Source of the DNA: a virus | Taxonomy: Duplodnaviria; Caudoviricetes | Length of the DNA stretch: 64,000 nucleotides | IMG/VR virus record: IMGVR_UViG_3300037067_027616 | Span: 160,001 to 224,000 of that record | Reading direction: 5' to 3' (one strand) | In this document: piece after piece, positions 27,764 to 37,060 of the stretch | Numbering within the stretch: position 1 is the first letter of the stretch | Layout: each line of letters starts with the position of its first letter | Program-made: the position numbers and the translations under genes | Notes under the pieces: model-generated | What the model was told of the DNA's origin: nothing | Databases searched by the model: none | The model's input: only the letters and a program-made list of their open reading frames with translations

Positions 27764-27841
27764 TGGCGGGGGTGACGAGGCTCGAACTCGCGAATCTCGA
27801 CCGTGACAGGGTCGCGTGCTAACCAGCTGCACCACACCCCC
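27764..27841 (-). tRNA. tRNA-Asp(GTC)
   Basis: Loop CT-GTC-AC, G73, CCA. Confidence 0.93.
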
Positions 27842-28359
27842 GTATTTTACTTGTCCTCAACTACATCGAACCAATCTCCTGCGATCGTGTAGCAACTATG
27901 ATCCTCTTCGCGTTCCTTTGATATCTTCCTGCATTTCTCGCACTCACCCTCTGCGGTCGTGTGCACGCAGATCACTTCCTCGTACAGAGGATCCCAATTC
28001 ACGAATACCTTTGCCATGTTATGCTACTTCCTGCTTAAGGATATTCTCTTCAATGTACTTCTTTACCATCCTTGGTGTAACTGATATATTGCCGTACTCA
28101 GCGCAACCATAACACTCGGCACAATGCTCTTCTGTCACACCACAACGCTCTGGAGACAACTTGAAATACTCCAACGGCACTCGGTAGAACTTCTTTGTCG
28201 GAGAGTATATGCCGATTGTTCCTTTGACTCCATTTATTAGGTTGAGTAATCCTTGGAGTCCATTCACTACCCCAACTTTCCGAGTCGACCACACCCAAGC
28301 CTCTCCATTGATGTGCACTTTTCTCGGGGAACTCATAGTGTGTCACTCCCTCTCAAATT

Positions 28360-28436
28360 TGGTGGTCCCGAACGGATTTGAACCGCTGACGCCCAGGTCT
28401 TCGGCCTGGCGCTCTACCGGGCTGAGCTACAGGACC
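28360..28436 (-). tRNA. tRNA-Phe(GAA)
   Basis: Loop CC-GAA-GA (C33), CCA. Confidence 0.9.
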
Positions 28437-28516
28437 ACGATATAACACGTGGCCCTTGTAGCCACGTGTTTATGTAGAGTCTGTAAATCGATCTTCCATC
28501 TCATATCTCCTAAACG

Positions 28517-28553
28517 AAAAAACCCCACCGATCCTTTTGGGCCCGGTGGGGTT
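28517..28553 (-). terminator. Attenuator terminator of tRNA block 2
   Basis: AACCCCACCGG...TCGGTGGGG followed by TTTTTT. Confidence 0.88.
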
Positions 28554-28578
28554 CAGAATGCTAACGAGTCCACCGGGC

Positions 28579-28650
28579 TTACATGGCAATATCCATGCTA
28601 TCAAAGTCGATAGCGCTGAAGATAATGCTGATGCCGATGGTAGTACGCAT
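28579..28650 (-). CDS. Leader peptide 2 (MRTTIGISIIFSAIDFDSMDIAM)
   Basis: AAGGAG upstream; rich in ATC/AGC/TTC/GAC/ATG; antiterminator directly follows the TAA. Confidence 0.88.
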   Translation of the reverse strand: MRTTIGISIIFSAIDFDSMDIAM

Positions 28651-28683
28651 TGAAAGTATTGCTCCTTTTACGACGTTGGGCAT

Positions 28684-28712
28684 AATATACCACGGATTTA
28701 GAAGATTGTCAA
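28684..28712 (-). promoter_or_regulatory. Promoter of tRNA block 2
   Basis: TTGACA-17-TATATT with extended TG. Confidence 0.88.
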
Positions 28713-28725
28713 TAGGAATCTTATA

Positions 28726-29148
28726 TTAAGTGATCCCTGCGAGTATCTTGCCCCTCAACATGCCCTTCAAAAGGTCAACTTCACCTTCCGACTTATCCAT
28801 TGCCCTCAACCATCCAGTGACATCTTCGAGGATTAAGTCTGTTGTAGCTTCCGCCTCTATTTTATCAATGTTGTAGTCGGGATGAGCCTTCATCGCCTGA
28901 TCATAGGCCCTCTTGCCTTGGGCGCTGTCTACATACTCTTGATAGAGTTTATTCACATACTGTTGACTTTTATTCTTAAGATAGTCTGCGGTAATGAACC
29001 CTTGCGCGGTCACGGATTGGTCAATAGTATTGCTTACCACATCCAAATCATGAGCCTCTTTGATCATACCGAGGGATTCAAGATGGGAAGCTATTTTGTC
29101 GAGTTTCTTTGCGATGTCTTTCATAGGGTCATCAAAAATGATATTCAT
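28726..29148 (-). CDS. Repeat-motif protein
   Basis: LDKIASHLESLGMIKEAHDLDVVSNTID. Confidence 0.7.
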   Translation of the reverse strand: MNIIFDDPMKDIAKKLDKIASHLESLGMIKEAHDLDVVSNTIDQSVTAQGFITADYLKNKSQQYVNKLYQEYVDSAQGKRAYDQAMKAHPDYNIDKIEAEATTDLILEDVTGWLRAMDKSEGEVDLLKGMLRGKILAGIT

Positions 29149-30016
29149 TCAAATGTTGCAGTATGTCCGCTGCGTTCTCTTTTATTTCTTTTTCATAATC
29201 TCGTTGTGGGACCATAGATGACCTTGGGTCTTGAGAATTTTGGCTTATTGATACTACGGCTAAACCGTCCCCAATTCGTATTGTTATGGTGCTAACAACC
29301 ACAAAGCTTTCGTATAGTTTAGCTCTCCTCTGTGCCTTCGAAACTAGGTATCCTGGAGCGCCTCCTGTTGAGTCGAGAGCCATACCAACGCCAAAAGTCA
29401 TTCGACCGTATGTGCTGTCAACTACTTCCACGGATCCAACTGTTCTTCCTGGTTTCTGCTTTAGAAACTCATCAACTATTGGGTTAGAACCACCAAAAAC
29501 TTCCCCCAAAACTTGGGTTTTTGATACCTTCTTAGTTGGTGTTTCAGCTGTTGTATCTGCGGTATCTTGTTTTAAAGCCTGCCATTCTAGGCGTTCCTTT
29601 TGAATTGCGTCTTTAAACTTCCCAGCGTCTGCGGTCTGAAACACCCCCATTAAAGCTATAATGGCAAGAATGACTTTTGGGTTTGTGATTGTCTTTACAC
29701 CCCTCATCAATCCTTGTAGGTTAAAAGCCTCTTTATTAGAAGCCTGCCGTACCATTGAATTACCACCAAGTGCCCCGGCTATTTCATTGATAGCAACTTC
29801 CAATTTTCCTGGAGAGGTTTGCGCGAAATCGAGTACGATTTTGAGGGCTTCCTCTTTAGAAGGTAGTCCGGGTATTTTTGATACAATACCACGGATCCAT
29901 TGCCCCGCACCTGCCTCCAAAGTATTACTCACCACATCCAAATCGTGTGCCTCTTTGATCATCCCAAGGGACTCAAGGTGTGTGGAGAGGGAATCAAGGC
30001 GGTAAGTGATTTTCAT
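29132..30016 (-). CDS. Repeat-motif protein with a hydrophobic segment
   Basis: LDSLSTHLESLGMIKEAHDLDVVSNTLE. Confidence 0.7.
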   Translation of the reverse strand: MKITYRLDSLSTHLESLGMIKEAHDLDVVSNTLEAGAGQWIRGIVSKIPGLPSKEEALKIVLDFAQTSPGKLEVAINEIAGALGGNSMVRQASNKEAFNLQGLMRGVKTITNPKVILAIIALMGVFQTADAGKFKDAIQKERLEWQALKQDTADTTAETPTKKVSKTQVLGEVFGGSNPIVDEFLKQKPGRTVGSVEVVDSTYGRMTFGVGMALDSTGGAPGYLVSKAQRRAKLYESFVVVSTITIRIGDGLAVVSISQNSQDPRSSMVPQRDYEKEIKENAADILQHLNEYHF

Positions 30017-30030
30017 GATATGATGCCTTA

Positions 30031-30774
30031 TTAAAACTTGGGTTTCAGTTCTTTGGCATTATCTAATGCTGTTTTGTATTCTTTGTTATCCGGATACATT
30101 TTGCAAAGCCTGTCTATAGCGTTGACAATTTGCTGTTTGTTTTCTTCCCCAAGAAAACCCCTGCCTACAATCGTGTAATAAAACCCGTGTAATACCTCTT
30201 TAGCAGGAAGGTCGCTATTATTAACATTAACTAATTCCTCATCCGTGGGATCCCTGTATGTTGTGTACGTAAATATAGAGGGTTTTTCGTTGGCTTTTTT
30301 GATCGTGCCAAGTGTTTCGGGGTGAGAAGAGTAGGGCTTTTTGTTTGCCATGACCTTATTGACTTCATCACCAAGCGTACGCGCTATTTCCGGGTATTTC
30401 TTCAAAGTAGCTACAGAGGCGCGATAGGCGCTGGAATTATCCATATCAAGAGATTCTTGTAGAAGATCCGATAGGGCTATCCGAATGTTTTCTGGCAGCA
30501 CTCTCTGGATATACGCCTCGTCAAGGAGACTGCTTGTGGCTTCGAGTGTATTACTGACGACATCCAAATCATGGGCCTCTTTGACCATCCCGAGGGACTC
30601 AAGGTGTGAGGCTATTTTATCAAGTGCAGAAGATAATTTTGCACGTAATACCTTACCGGTTTGATCAATGGTCGCACCACAATGTGGGCAGATAATTGCA
30701 CCCATGGCCACTTCAGGAGTGTTACCATAATCAACTTCTTTTCCACATCCTTGACATTTTACCTTATTAGTCAT
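30031..30774 (-). CDS. Zn-ribbon plus repeat-motif protein
   Basis: CxxC...CPHCG; LDKIASHLESLGMVKEAHDLDVVSNTLE. Confidence 0.7.
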   Translation of the reverse strand: MTNKVKCQGCGKEVDYGNTPEVAMGAIICPHCGATIDQTGKVLRAKLSSALDKIASHLESLGMVKEAHDLDVVSNTLEATSSLLDEAYIQRVLPENIRIALSDLLQESLDMDNSSAYRASVATLKKYPEIARTLGDEVNKVMANKKPYSSHPETLGTIKKANEKPSIFTYTTYRDPTDEELVNVNNSDLPAKEVLHGFYYTIVGRGFLGEENKQQIVNAIDRLCKMYPDNKEYKTALDNAKELKPKF

Positions 30775-31384
30775 GTGCTTATCAATTCTCTCTTTTTGGC
30801 TTCAACGATCTATATCGGCTGTTACCTCACGAGACACCGCTTCTTTGAGATAAATATGAGCCACCTTGAGGGGTTTAGTTCCCTTGCTCTCACGCGCCAT
30901 TGAACGAGCAGCTTGTTCACGAGTTTTATGAGACGTTCCAATGTGAGGTTGACCCATAACAACCCATCCCACACCCCCGATACGTGTCCAACCCTTTACA
31001 ATATTACCAAGAACGACCCCATCCTCGCTCACTTCATATTCTTCTTCGTTTATTTTGTGGTACGTGAAGTTACTCATCCTACATTCCGGTTTCAGAATAT
31101 GTTTACTATCAATTCTCTCTTTTTGCTTTTGCTACTTCTGATTCTAGGGACCCAAGGCGGGCAGAGTGGTTGCTGAGGCGTTCACTTAACAACGTATTTA
31201 CGTACCCCAGCGTGTCAGTGATTTTGTCCAATTTTCTGTCAAATTTCGAAAAGTATTCCAAGAACACCTTGTTGCACTTCTGCTCTTGTTGTGAAATGGC
31301 CTCTTTAAGTTGATCAGGGGTGATGTGGGATTTTCCGTTTCCGCCGCTGTTAGGTGTCTTGGAGTTCACGGTGTCTTCCTCAAG

Positions 31385-31939
31385 TTAGTTGGACGGTTGG
31401 TTGCCCGATTCAATGGTGTTACTCACCACATCGAGGTCATGAGCCTCTTTGACCATCCCGATGGACTCAAGGCGGTCAGCAATTTTGTCTAAAGCAAACG
31501 GCACTGAAGCTTCTTTTGTTTTTACACCCAATGACTTAAGCATTTCTATCCGCTTTGAGTCAGTGACGTTCATTGGAGACAGAGGGGTGTATGTGAACGT
31601 AATATCGAACCTGTCGAGAGGATCCTCAACAGAGCCTGCGCCGTGTGCCTTTATCTGTGCAGGAACAACGCGTTGTACGCCTGCAGGGGTGACAAAAACT
31701 CCTAGGAAATTCCAAATCTTCGATTTGTTTGGCATCTCATTGTCGTAGAAGGATTCCACGAGACTGAATGTAGGAAGGATATCTTTGAGTTCCTTCATCA
31801 TCTTTTGGATGGGCGCCCAAGACGTGTCGTCCTTGTAAAAGTCGTGCGTGTACTTGTCGGAAATGCGACCAAAAGCGGACTTCAACTTTGCATCGGTCAT
31901 TACCGGGAGGGATTCAGTCTGCACACCGGATTCATTCAT
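31385..31939 (-). CDS. Repeat-motif protein (motif at C-terminus)
   Basis: LDKIADRLESIGMVKEAHDLDVVSNTIE. Confidence 0.7.
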   Translation of the reverse strand: MNESGVQTESLPVMTDAKLKSAFGRISDKYTHDFYKDDTSWAPIQKMMKELKDILPTFSLVESFYDNEMPNKSKIWNFLGVFVTPAGVQRVVPAQIKAHGAGSVEDPLDRFDITFTYTPLSPMNVTDSKRIEMLKSLGVKTKEASVPFALDKIADRLESIGMVKEAHDLDVVSNTIESGNQPSN

Positions 31940-31947
31940 ACTATCCT

Positions 31948-32214
31948 CTATTTCTTAACAGGGTGCTTCACAACCCTCACCGGAGCCGAAGTACGAACGA
32001 CCCCAAGCACTTTAGCTGTGTCGGTCTTTAACACGATGCTTGTGTCGTTCACGACCTTCGTGATGACCAAAGTGTCCCACACCACAGTCTTGATGGTATC
32101 GACCTTCACCGTGACAATCGTGTCAGCCTTGGCGATCTTCACCGTTTCCGTGCGTTGCGCCGCGATACATCCTATGACCATAATCAATATTATTACCCTT
32201 GAAATCCTCATCAT
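31948..32214 (-). CDS. Secreted or membrane protein with (K/V)xDT repeats
   Basis: Signal-like N-terminus; repeated DT units. Confidence 0.55.
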   Translation of the reverse strand: MMRISRVIILIMVIGCIAAQRTETVKIAKADTIVTVKVDTIKTVVWDTLVITKVVNDTSIVLKTDTAKVLGVVRTSAPVRVVKHPVKK

Positions 32215-32771
32215 TCCTGTTCCTTGTCTGCTGAAGTTCTCATGCCCGAAGCGGGGATGTCCCTGCTGAGCGTGTCAACCAAATCATCCAAAAGTGTCTT
32301 TGGTATCTTCTTCGCGATCAATTTTATGAAATTGGCGATGTTGGCAGGGGTAACGATCTTCTTAAGCTTCTGTTCTGCCTGTTCGGATTCTTCCTCGGAA
32401 AGCTTATCGATCGTGTTGCTGATAACGTCAACTTCCGCGGCTTCTTTCGTAAGACCCTTTGACTCCAAAGCATCGGCGATGGAATCAAGTACGGACGACA
32501 ACTTATTGGTGGGCACACCTTCCTCCTTGTTCATCTTCTTTATTGACTGCACCAACCTCTTGTATTCCGAATCATCGTCCCCTATAAGGTCGGCATCTCC
32601 TGGGGTCACGCCTGCGGTGTCATATGAAGAAGGCTTGTTGTTGAGGACGTTACCTATTTGTGTCCGATTCTCCAACAAGGCCTTGAATTCAGGAGTTCCT
32701 GGTTGGGCATCAGTTTCGATAGGGACGTACGCCACACCTTTGTAGTGTACCTTCACCACGTATTTTGCCAT
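32211..32771 (-). CDS. Repeat-motif protein
   Basis: LDSIADALESKGLTKEAAEVDVISNTID. Confidence 0.7.
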   Translation of the reverse strand: MAKYVVKVHYKGVAYVPIETDAQPGTPEFKALLENRTQIGNVLNNKPSSYDTAGVTPGDADLIGDDDSEYKRLVQSIKKMNKEEGVPTNKLSSVLDSIADALESKGLTKEAAEVDVISNTIDKLSEEESEQAEQKLKKIVTPANIANFIKLIAKKIPKTLLDDLVDTLSRDIPASGMRTSADKEQE

Positions 32772-33073
32772 TTTGTTACCTTACTGAATTTCAGGTGCTT
32801 TGGCCTGCATGCCAATGTACGCCCCACGGTTCGTGCTCGGATCGGTACGCAAGGTGCCGTTGTTCAACGGGTTGTCGGAAGCCGTGTTGTCGACCACGTC
32901 ACCGTTCGGGTTTCCTCGTATAGCGTCTGCCGTGTTCTTACCAACTGTGCCGTTGCTTCCGGATGCCATAGGCATGCCGATGTAGGTGCTGTCTGTTCCA
33001 GCCATGACGTTCTCCTTGTTGGGTTAAACGATACGTCAAAGGTTCAATATTAAGAGTTAATTATAAAAACGGG

Positions 33074-33688
33074 TCAGCACAGAAGATGCTTCTTGGCCAA
33101 TTCCATGACCTTGGCACACAAAGGCTCTTCTAGCCCCGTTATTTCAGCTATTTGAGGACCCTCAGAGGCACCGTCTTCAAAAGCGTCTATTACTGACATG
33201 GCATCATCGGGTTGTATATTGGCATTGCCAAGGTCATCAAAAAAGCCTATTGATTTAGGTCCAAGCCAAGATCTCCTGAAGTTGAGGGCTATTGGCTTGA
33301 GCATTTCAGCCACACGGCCGAGGCCTTTTTCCTGCAACTCGGAAGCTATCAAACCCATCTTCCGCGCAAATTTTAGGCTCATCTGCTCGCCTTCGGAAGG
33401 AGTATTCTTTTTAGGCTCTGGTGCAGGCTTTGACTTTTCGGGGGATTTTGTGTCTCCCGGGGTGCCGTCGCTGCGCTCTACATTGTAGCGATCCCGCCAA
33501 TTCCTGAAGGTGAAGGGGCTTGTGCCTGTCTTGGGACACACATGCTGTACGTATGTGAGGAATGGTTCAAGGGACGCTCCGCCCTTGGGGGTTACCTTGT
33601 AGCGTTTTCCATCGTGGATAAAGTCAAAATCTGTGACGCCGATGTCACTATCGCGTCCTACCCAAACCACTACTGTTTTGTTTGGCAT
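33074..33688 (-). CDS. Hypothetical protein with a degenerate repeat motif
   Basis: IASELQEKGL. Confidence 0.55.
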   Translation of the reverse strand: MPNKTVVVWVGRDSDIGVTDFDFIHDGKRYKVTPKGGASLEPFLTYVQHVCPKTGTSPFTFRNWRDRYNVERSDGTPGDTKSPEKSKPAPEPKKNTPSEGEQMSLKFARKMGLIASELQEKGLGRVAEMLKPIALNFRRSWLGPKSIGFFDDLGNANIQPDDAMSVIDAFEDGASEGPQIAEITGLEEPLCAKVMELAKKHLLC

Positions 33689-33730
33689 GCGTGATCCCCT
33701 TGATAGGGACGTACGCGCATGAGAACACTA

Positions 33731-34375
33731 TTAGAAGTTAAGCCATCGGCGCAATTTTATAGGTGACACCTTTTCCTTGAGATATACGTCTGCCTTGATT
33801 TCAAACTGTCCCCAGGCCGTGAACTCGAGGGCGAAGTTTGTGGATCGGTCGGTCACCTCGCGGGTATTGATATCGAAAGTCTCATGAAGATGGTAGATCA
33901 CCTTTTCAACCTTGTTCATGAGATCGGGGTCGAGAGCACCAAGGGTTACCTTGACGGTATAATCCGTGCGTTGCTTGGCGGCACCGTGGACGAGATAGAA
34001 GATATCCTCGACATTTACTTTGCTGATGTTTCCCATGCCTTTCGTTGGCGCCACGGCACTTTGGATAATGGACATACCTGCCCCGCCAGATCCAGATCTT
34101 GTAAGTGCCGAGCCGGCCATTTCAAGATCCGCCAGGTACTTTGAGTCCACTGAAGCGACTTTTGTCACGGGCATTTTCGGGGCTTCCCCGAGCTTGATGC
34201 CCGCAGGTCCTATGCTCACCTCTCCGCCGGACACCAGGCGATCCACGGTGGCGTCCATCAAAGTGATCAGTTGTTGTGCGAATATGACGAGGCATAAAAG
34301 GATGAAGGCGTATTTTGTAAGTTGTTGTATGAGTGGCATATACGCGACTAAACGGTTTACTTTTATTTCGTTCAT
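33731..34375 (-). CDS. Membrane-anchored prokaryotic YEATS (pYEATS) domain protein
   Basis: N-terminal TM; VEKVIYHLHETF...NFALEFTAWGQFEIKADV. Confidence 0.75.
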   Translation of the reverse strand: MNEIKVNRLVAYMPLIQQLTKYAFILLCLVIFAQQLITLMDATVDRLVSGGEVSIGPAGIKLGEAPKMPVTKVASVDSKYLADLEMAGSALTRSGSGGAGMSIIQSAVAPTKGMGNISKVNVEDIFYLVHGAAKQRTDYTVKVTLGALDPDLMNKVEKVIYHLHETFDINTREVTDRSTNFALEFTAWGQFEIKADVYLKEKVSPIKLRRWLNF

Positions 34376-34388
34376 AGAAAACTCCTTA

Positions 34389-35858
34389 TCACAACGGGAA
34401 CCCGTTTCGGTTCTTTACTGTTATCTTGACGTTATGTTTTCTTTTTCCGTTTGACCTGTGATCGAAAAGAACTTTTGTATCGGTGCGCGCGAATGGACAG
34501 TCGGATTCGATTTCCACTTCCCATGATTCAGGAACATATACTTCTGTCGGATTGTTTATGGGGCTGATCCAATCCGAATCTTTATAGTCCCACGTCATCT
34601 TGAACACGTCTTTTTTGAAACTGTACTTGGCGTTGGTGCCTCCGATTCGTTGTGGATATATTCTCACCAGCAAACCGAGGTACTCCGTTGGTTTTCCACC
34701 CTCTGTGATAAGACCATACTCGCTGTGAATGTTTTTATCATACGCCCAATGACACCACCCTACTGTGTGTTTGTCAGCAAGGTCAAGGAAATTTTGGTAC
34801 GCTTTTTTGCAATTTTTAACCGCGAGCGGGAACCCGAATTCCCCGTATAACATCGGGGATTCGAACTCTTCTGCCTCGGAACTACGTATGTTCATTCCGC
34901 GTTTCATAACCTGTCGGTTAAACCACCTGTACGGTTTCCTTTGTTCACAGAAGAAATCATAGTAGTGGGGCATGTACACCAATCCGCAGAAATGAGTGCC
35001 TTTCCAATTATTCACCCGCAGATTCGTGGGGTATCCTGCGCTCGTCGACATCCAAGGTTCGAACATGAGATGCGGATAACCGTTGTTGTGCTTGAGCCAC
35101 ATCTCCATCAATTTCTCATAGTAGTGGGTAAGTTCCTTCCTCTCAAACTTGAGGAAAAATCCTTTTGGCCAAGGCTCATTGATGACATCTATGCCGATGA
35201 CATTGGGTATTTCCTTGACCTTCAAAAGGACATGTTCGATCATGGCCACGTTGGCATCGAGGAGCCCGTCCTTGTTTGACCAGAAGTTGTCGAAGCAGGC
35301 GCGTACTGCAGGCTGGAAATAGTTCATGGCCCAGGACTCTTGAAACTCAAACTTTTTACCGTCATCCCTCACGGCCCACTCCGGGAAACCATCGCCATGA
35401 TATCTTTGTGCGAACAAATCTTGATGTATGTCTACTATGACATCAACACCGTGGTTTCCCAATAGGCGTATCTTTTCTATGACGGAGTCTATGTACGCAT
35501 TGTCGTACTGACCGCGTATCGGTTCTATGGCTTCCCAAAATACCGTGTAGCGCACGATGTTGAATCCCCAGGACTCGAGATCTGACGCTTCTTTTTCACC
35601 ATGCCATGTAAGGCCCGCAACACCTATCCCGGTGCTTGGCAACGGCGGGCCGCTGTGCTTGCTGTAGTTGGATATATTCGCACCATGGTAAATGATCGTG
35701 CGCCCCGGGATATCCCGCATATAGTGTGTTTTATACGGCGTTGGGAAAGATAACAACCTTCGTGTGAACGTGCATGACGTTAGGAAAAAAGTTATTGAAA
35801 CACACAATAACAGGATTACTAAAAACGTTTCCATTTCTGTCCTCTTTCTTTTTTTCAT
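34389..35858 (-). CDS. GH5 endoglycoceramidase-like glycoside hydrolase
   Basis: WGFN.VR...WEA.EP, DIHQD, G.GFP.W, INEP, YGEFG, R.YP. Confidence 0.85.
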   Translation of the reverse strand: MKKRKRTEMETFLVILLLCVSITFFLTSCTFTRRLLSFPTPYKTHYMRDIPGRTIIYHGANISNYSKHSGPPLPSTGIGVAGLTWHGEKEASDLESWGFNIVRYTVFWEAIEPIRGQYDNAYIDSVIEKIRLLGNHGVDVIVDIHQDLFAQRYHGDGFPEWAVRDDGKKFEFQESWAMNYFQPAVRACFDNFWSNKDGLLDANVAMIEHVLLKVKEIPNVIGIDVINEPWPKGFFLKFERKELTHYYEKLMEMWLKHNNGYPHLMFEPWMSTSAGYPTNLRVNNWKGTHFCGLVYMPHYYDFFCEQRKPYRWFNRQVMKRGMNIRSSEAEEFESPMLYGEFGFPLAVKNCKKAYQNFLDLADKHTVGWCHWAYDKNIHSEYGLITEGGKPTEYLGLLVRIYPQRIGGTNAKYSFKKDVFKMTWDYKDSDWISPINNPTEVYVPESWEVEIESDCPFARTDTKVLFDHRSNGKRKHNVKITVKNRNGFPL

Positions 35859-35860
35859 AA

Positions 35861-35937
35861 TGGTGCGCCCGGTGGGATTTTAACCCACGACCATCGGTTT
35901 TAGAGACCGTCGGCTCTACACGCTGAGCTACGGGCGC
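35861..35937 (-). tRNA. Amber suppressor tRNA (CTA anticodon)
   Basis: GCGCCCG acceptor, GCTC/GAGC D stem, CGGT-CTCTAAA-ACCG, T loop TTAAAAT, CCA. Confidence 0.82.
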
Positions 35938-35944
35938 ACGATTA

Positions 35945-36256
35945 TCATGCCGTCTTCAGCCCAGAAAAAACGGTTCCTATGTCAAAGCACGCCACCGCAG
36001 TGATCTGCCCATCGAGATCCGGCTCGTGGAAAGCACTGAACCGCTTTTTGTTCATCGTGAGTATGCTTTCCCAAGTACGTATTTCTATGAGGTTTCTCAC
36101 TGCAAGGAACACAATGGTACCGTTCCCCCAGACACGGAAAAGTTCACCGTGTTCCAAAGAGTATTGAGCCAATGCGTGTGCACCTTGAACCAACCGGTAT
36201 GTTTCTGAAAGATCCTGGCGCACCAACACGTACATTTTAGGCTGTTGTGGGGACAT
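35945..36256 (-). CDS. Pth2-like peptidyl-tRNA hydrolase
   Basis: KMYVLVRQDLS...VQGAHA...EPD....TA; start taken at MSPQQPK. Confidence 0.75.
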   Translation of the reverse strand: MSPQQPKMYVLVRQDLSETYRLVQGAHALAQYSLEHGELFRVWGNGTIVFLAVRNLIEIRTWESILTMNKKRFSAFHEPDLDGQITAVACFDIGTVFSGLKTA

Positions 36257-36476
36257 GTTGTATCTCCTCCACAATCGCCCAATCAGGCTCGTTACCTTCG
36301 CGAGGACGCTCGATACGCTCATACTCCACTCCCCTTAAAAGGCCATAGGCAATGAGAACGTGCCGACATCTCCTCGACTTCGGTCCGTGCTTCCATCCGC
36401 TCGCCTTGATTTCGATGGCGAGTTCCTTGATTTCCTTCTTGAGTGACGCGATGTGTTCATATATGCTTGTTTCCAT
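36237..36476 (-). CDS. Small protein upstream of Pth2
   Basis: LK.EIK.LA..IK...RH..IAY.LLRG..YE.IE; SD sequestered in a hairpin. Confidence 0.65.
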   Translation of the reverse strand: METSIYEHIASLKKEIKELAIEIKASGWKHGPKSRRCRHVLIAYGLLRGVEYERIERPREGNEPDWAIVEEIQHVPTTA

Positions 36477-36478
36477 GG

Positions 36479-36583
36479 TACCTTCCTTTATGGTTTGGTT
36501 GACTTACAGACACTACCCAAAACAAAGGAAGGTCATGGAGGCTTTAAGACTCGTACCTATGTGAATCCAGACACCTATCTCAT
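36479..36583 (-). promoter_or_regulatory. Amber-containing leader (MR*VSGFT*VRVLKPP-UGA) with an anti-SD hairpin
   Basis: TAAGGAG-6 nt-ATG at 36583; in-frame TAG at 36575-77 and 36557-59; ACCTTCCTTT pairs with downstream AAAGGAAGGT. Confidence 0.7.
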
Positions 36584-37060
36584 GGGGTTCTCCTTATGAC
36601 AATCAGCTTCTCAATCGAAACGAGGTTAAGAAGTGTACAACGTGTGGAGGCTTCCTGTATATTTTTCTTGGCCGCTTCTGCTTTTGTAACGCTTTCTGCC
36701 GAACACGTTATCCGTATCCTGCCGTTCGATAACGACAACGTAATGGAATCGTATTCCGTTTCTTCAGGTATCTCCGTAAGGAGACACTTAAGAAGGGATA
36801 ATTCAAAGAGTTCCCGGGGTTCAAATGAACCAGCTACGTCCGGGAGGAGGTTATTAGCTGTCTTGTTGTACGATGCCAACTTCCGTATCCCCTTTAGAAA
36901 TTTCCTGCGGTGACAGAAGCCCGGCGATTTCCATGGAGTACATGGTGACATGCTTCTCGGCAACGTCCCTGGCTACAAGCCCCATCTTGCATGCCTCGAC
37001 CATTGTATTGGTGAGGTCGTTCATGACGGACAGCCTGTCGAGTACTTCATCGCTTAACAT

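Noticed and set aside
35861-35937. tRNA-Pyl
   Set aside because: It has a normal-sized D loop and two bases between acceptor and D stem, unlike tRNA-Pyl, and no pyl genes are in the window.
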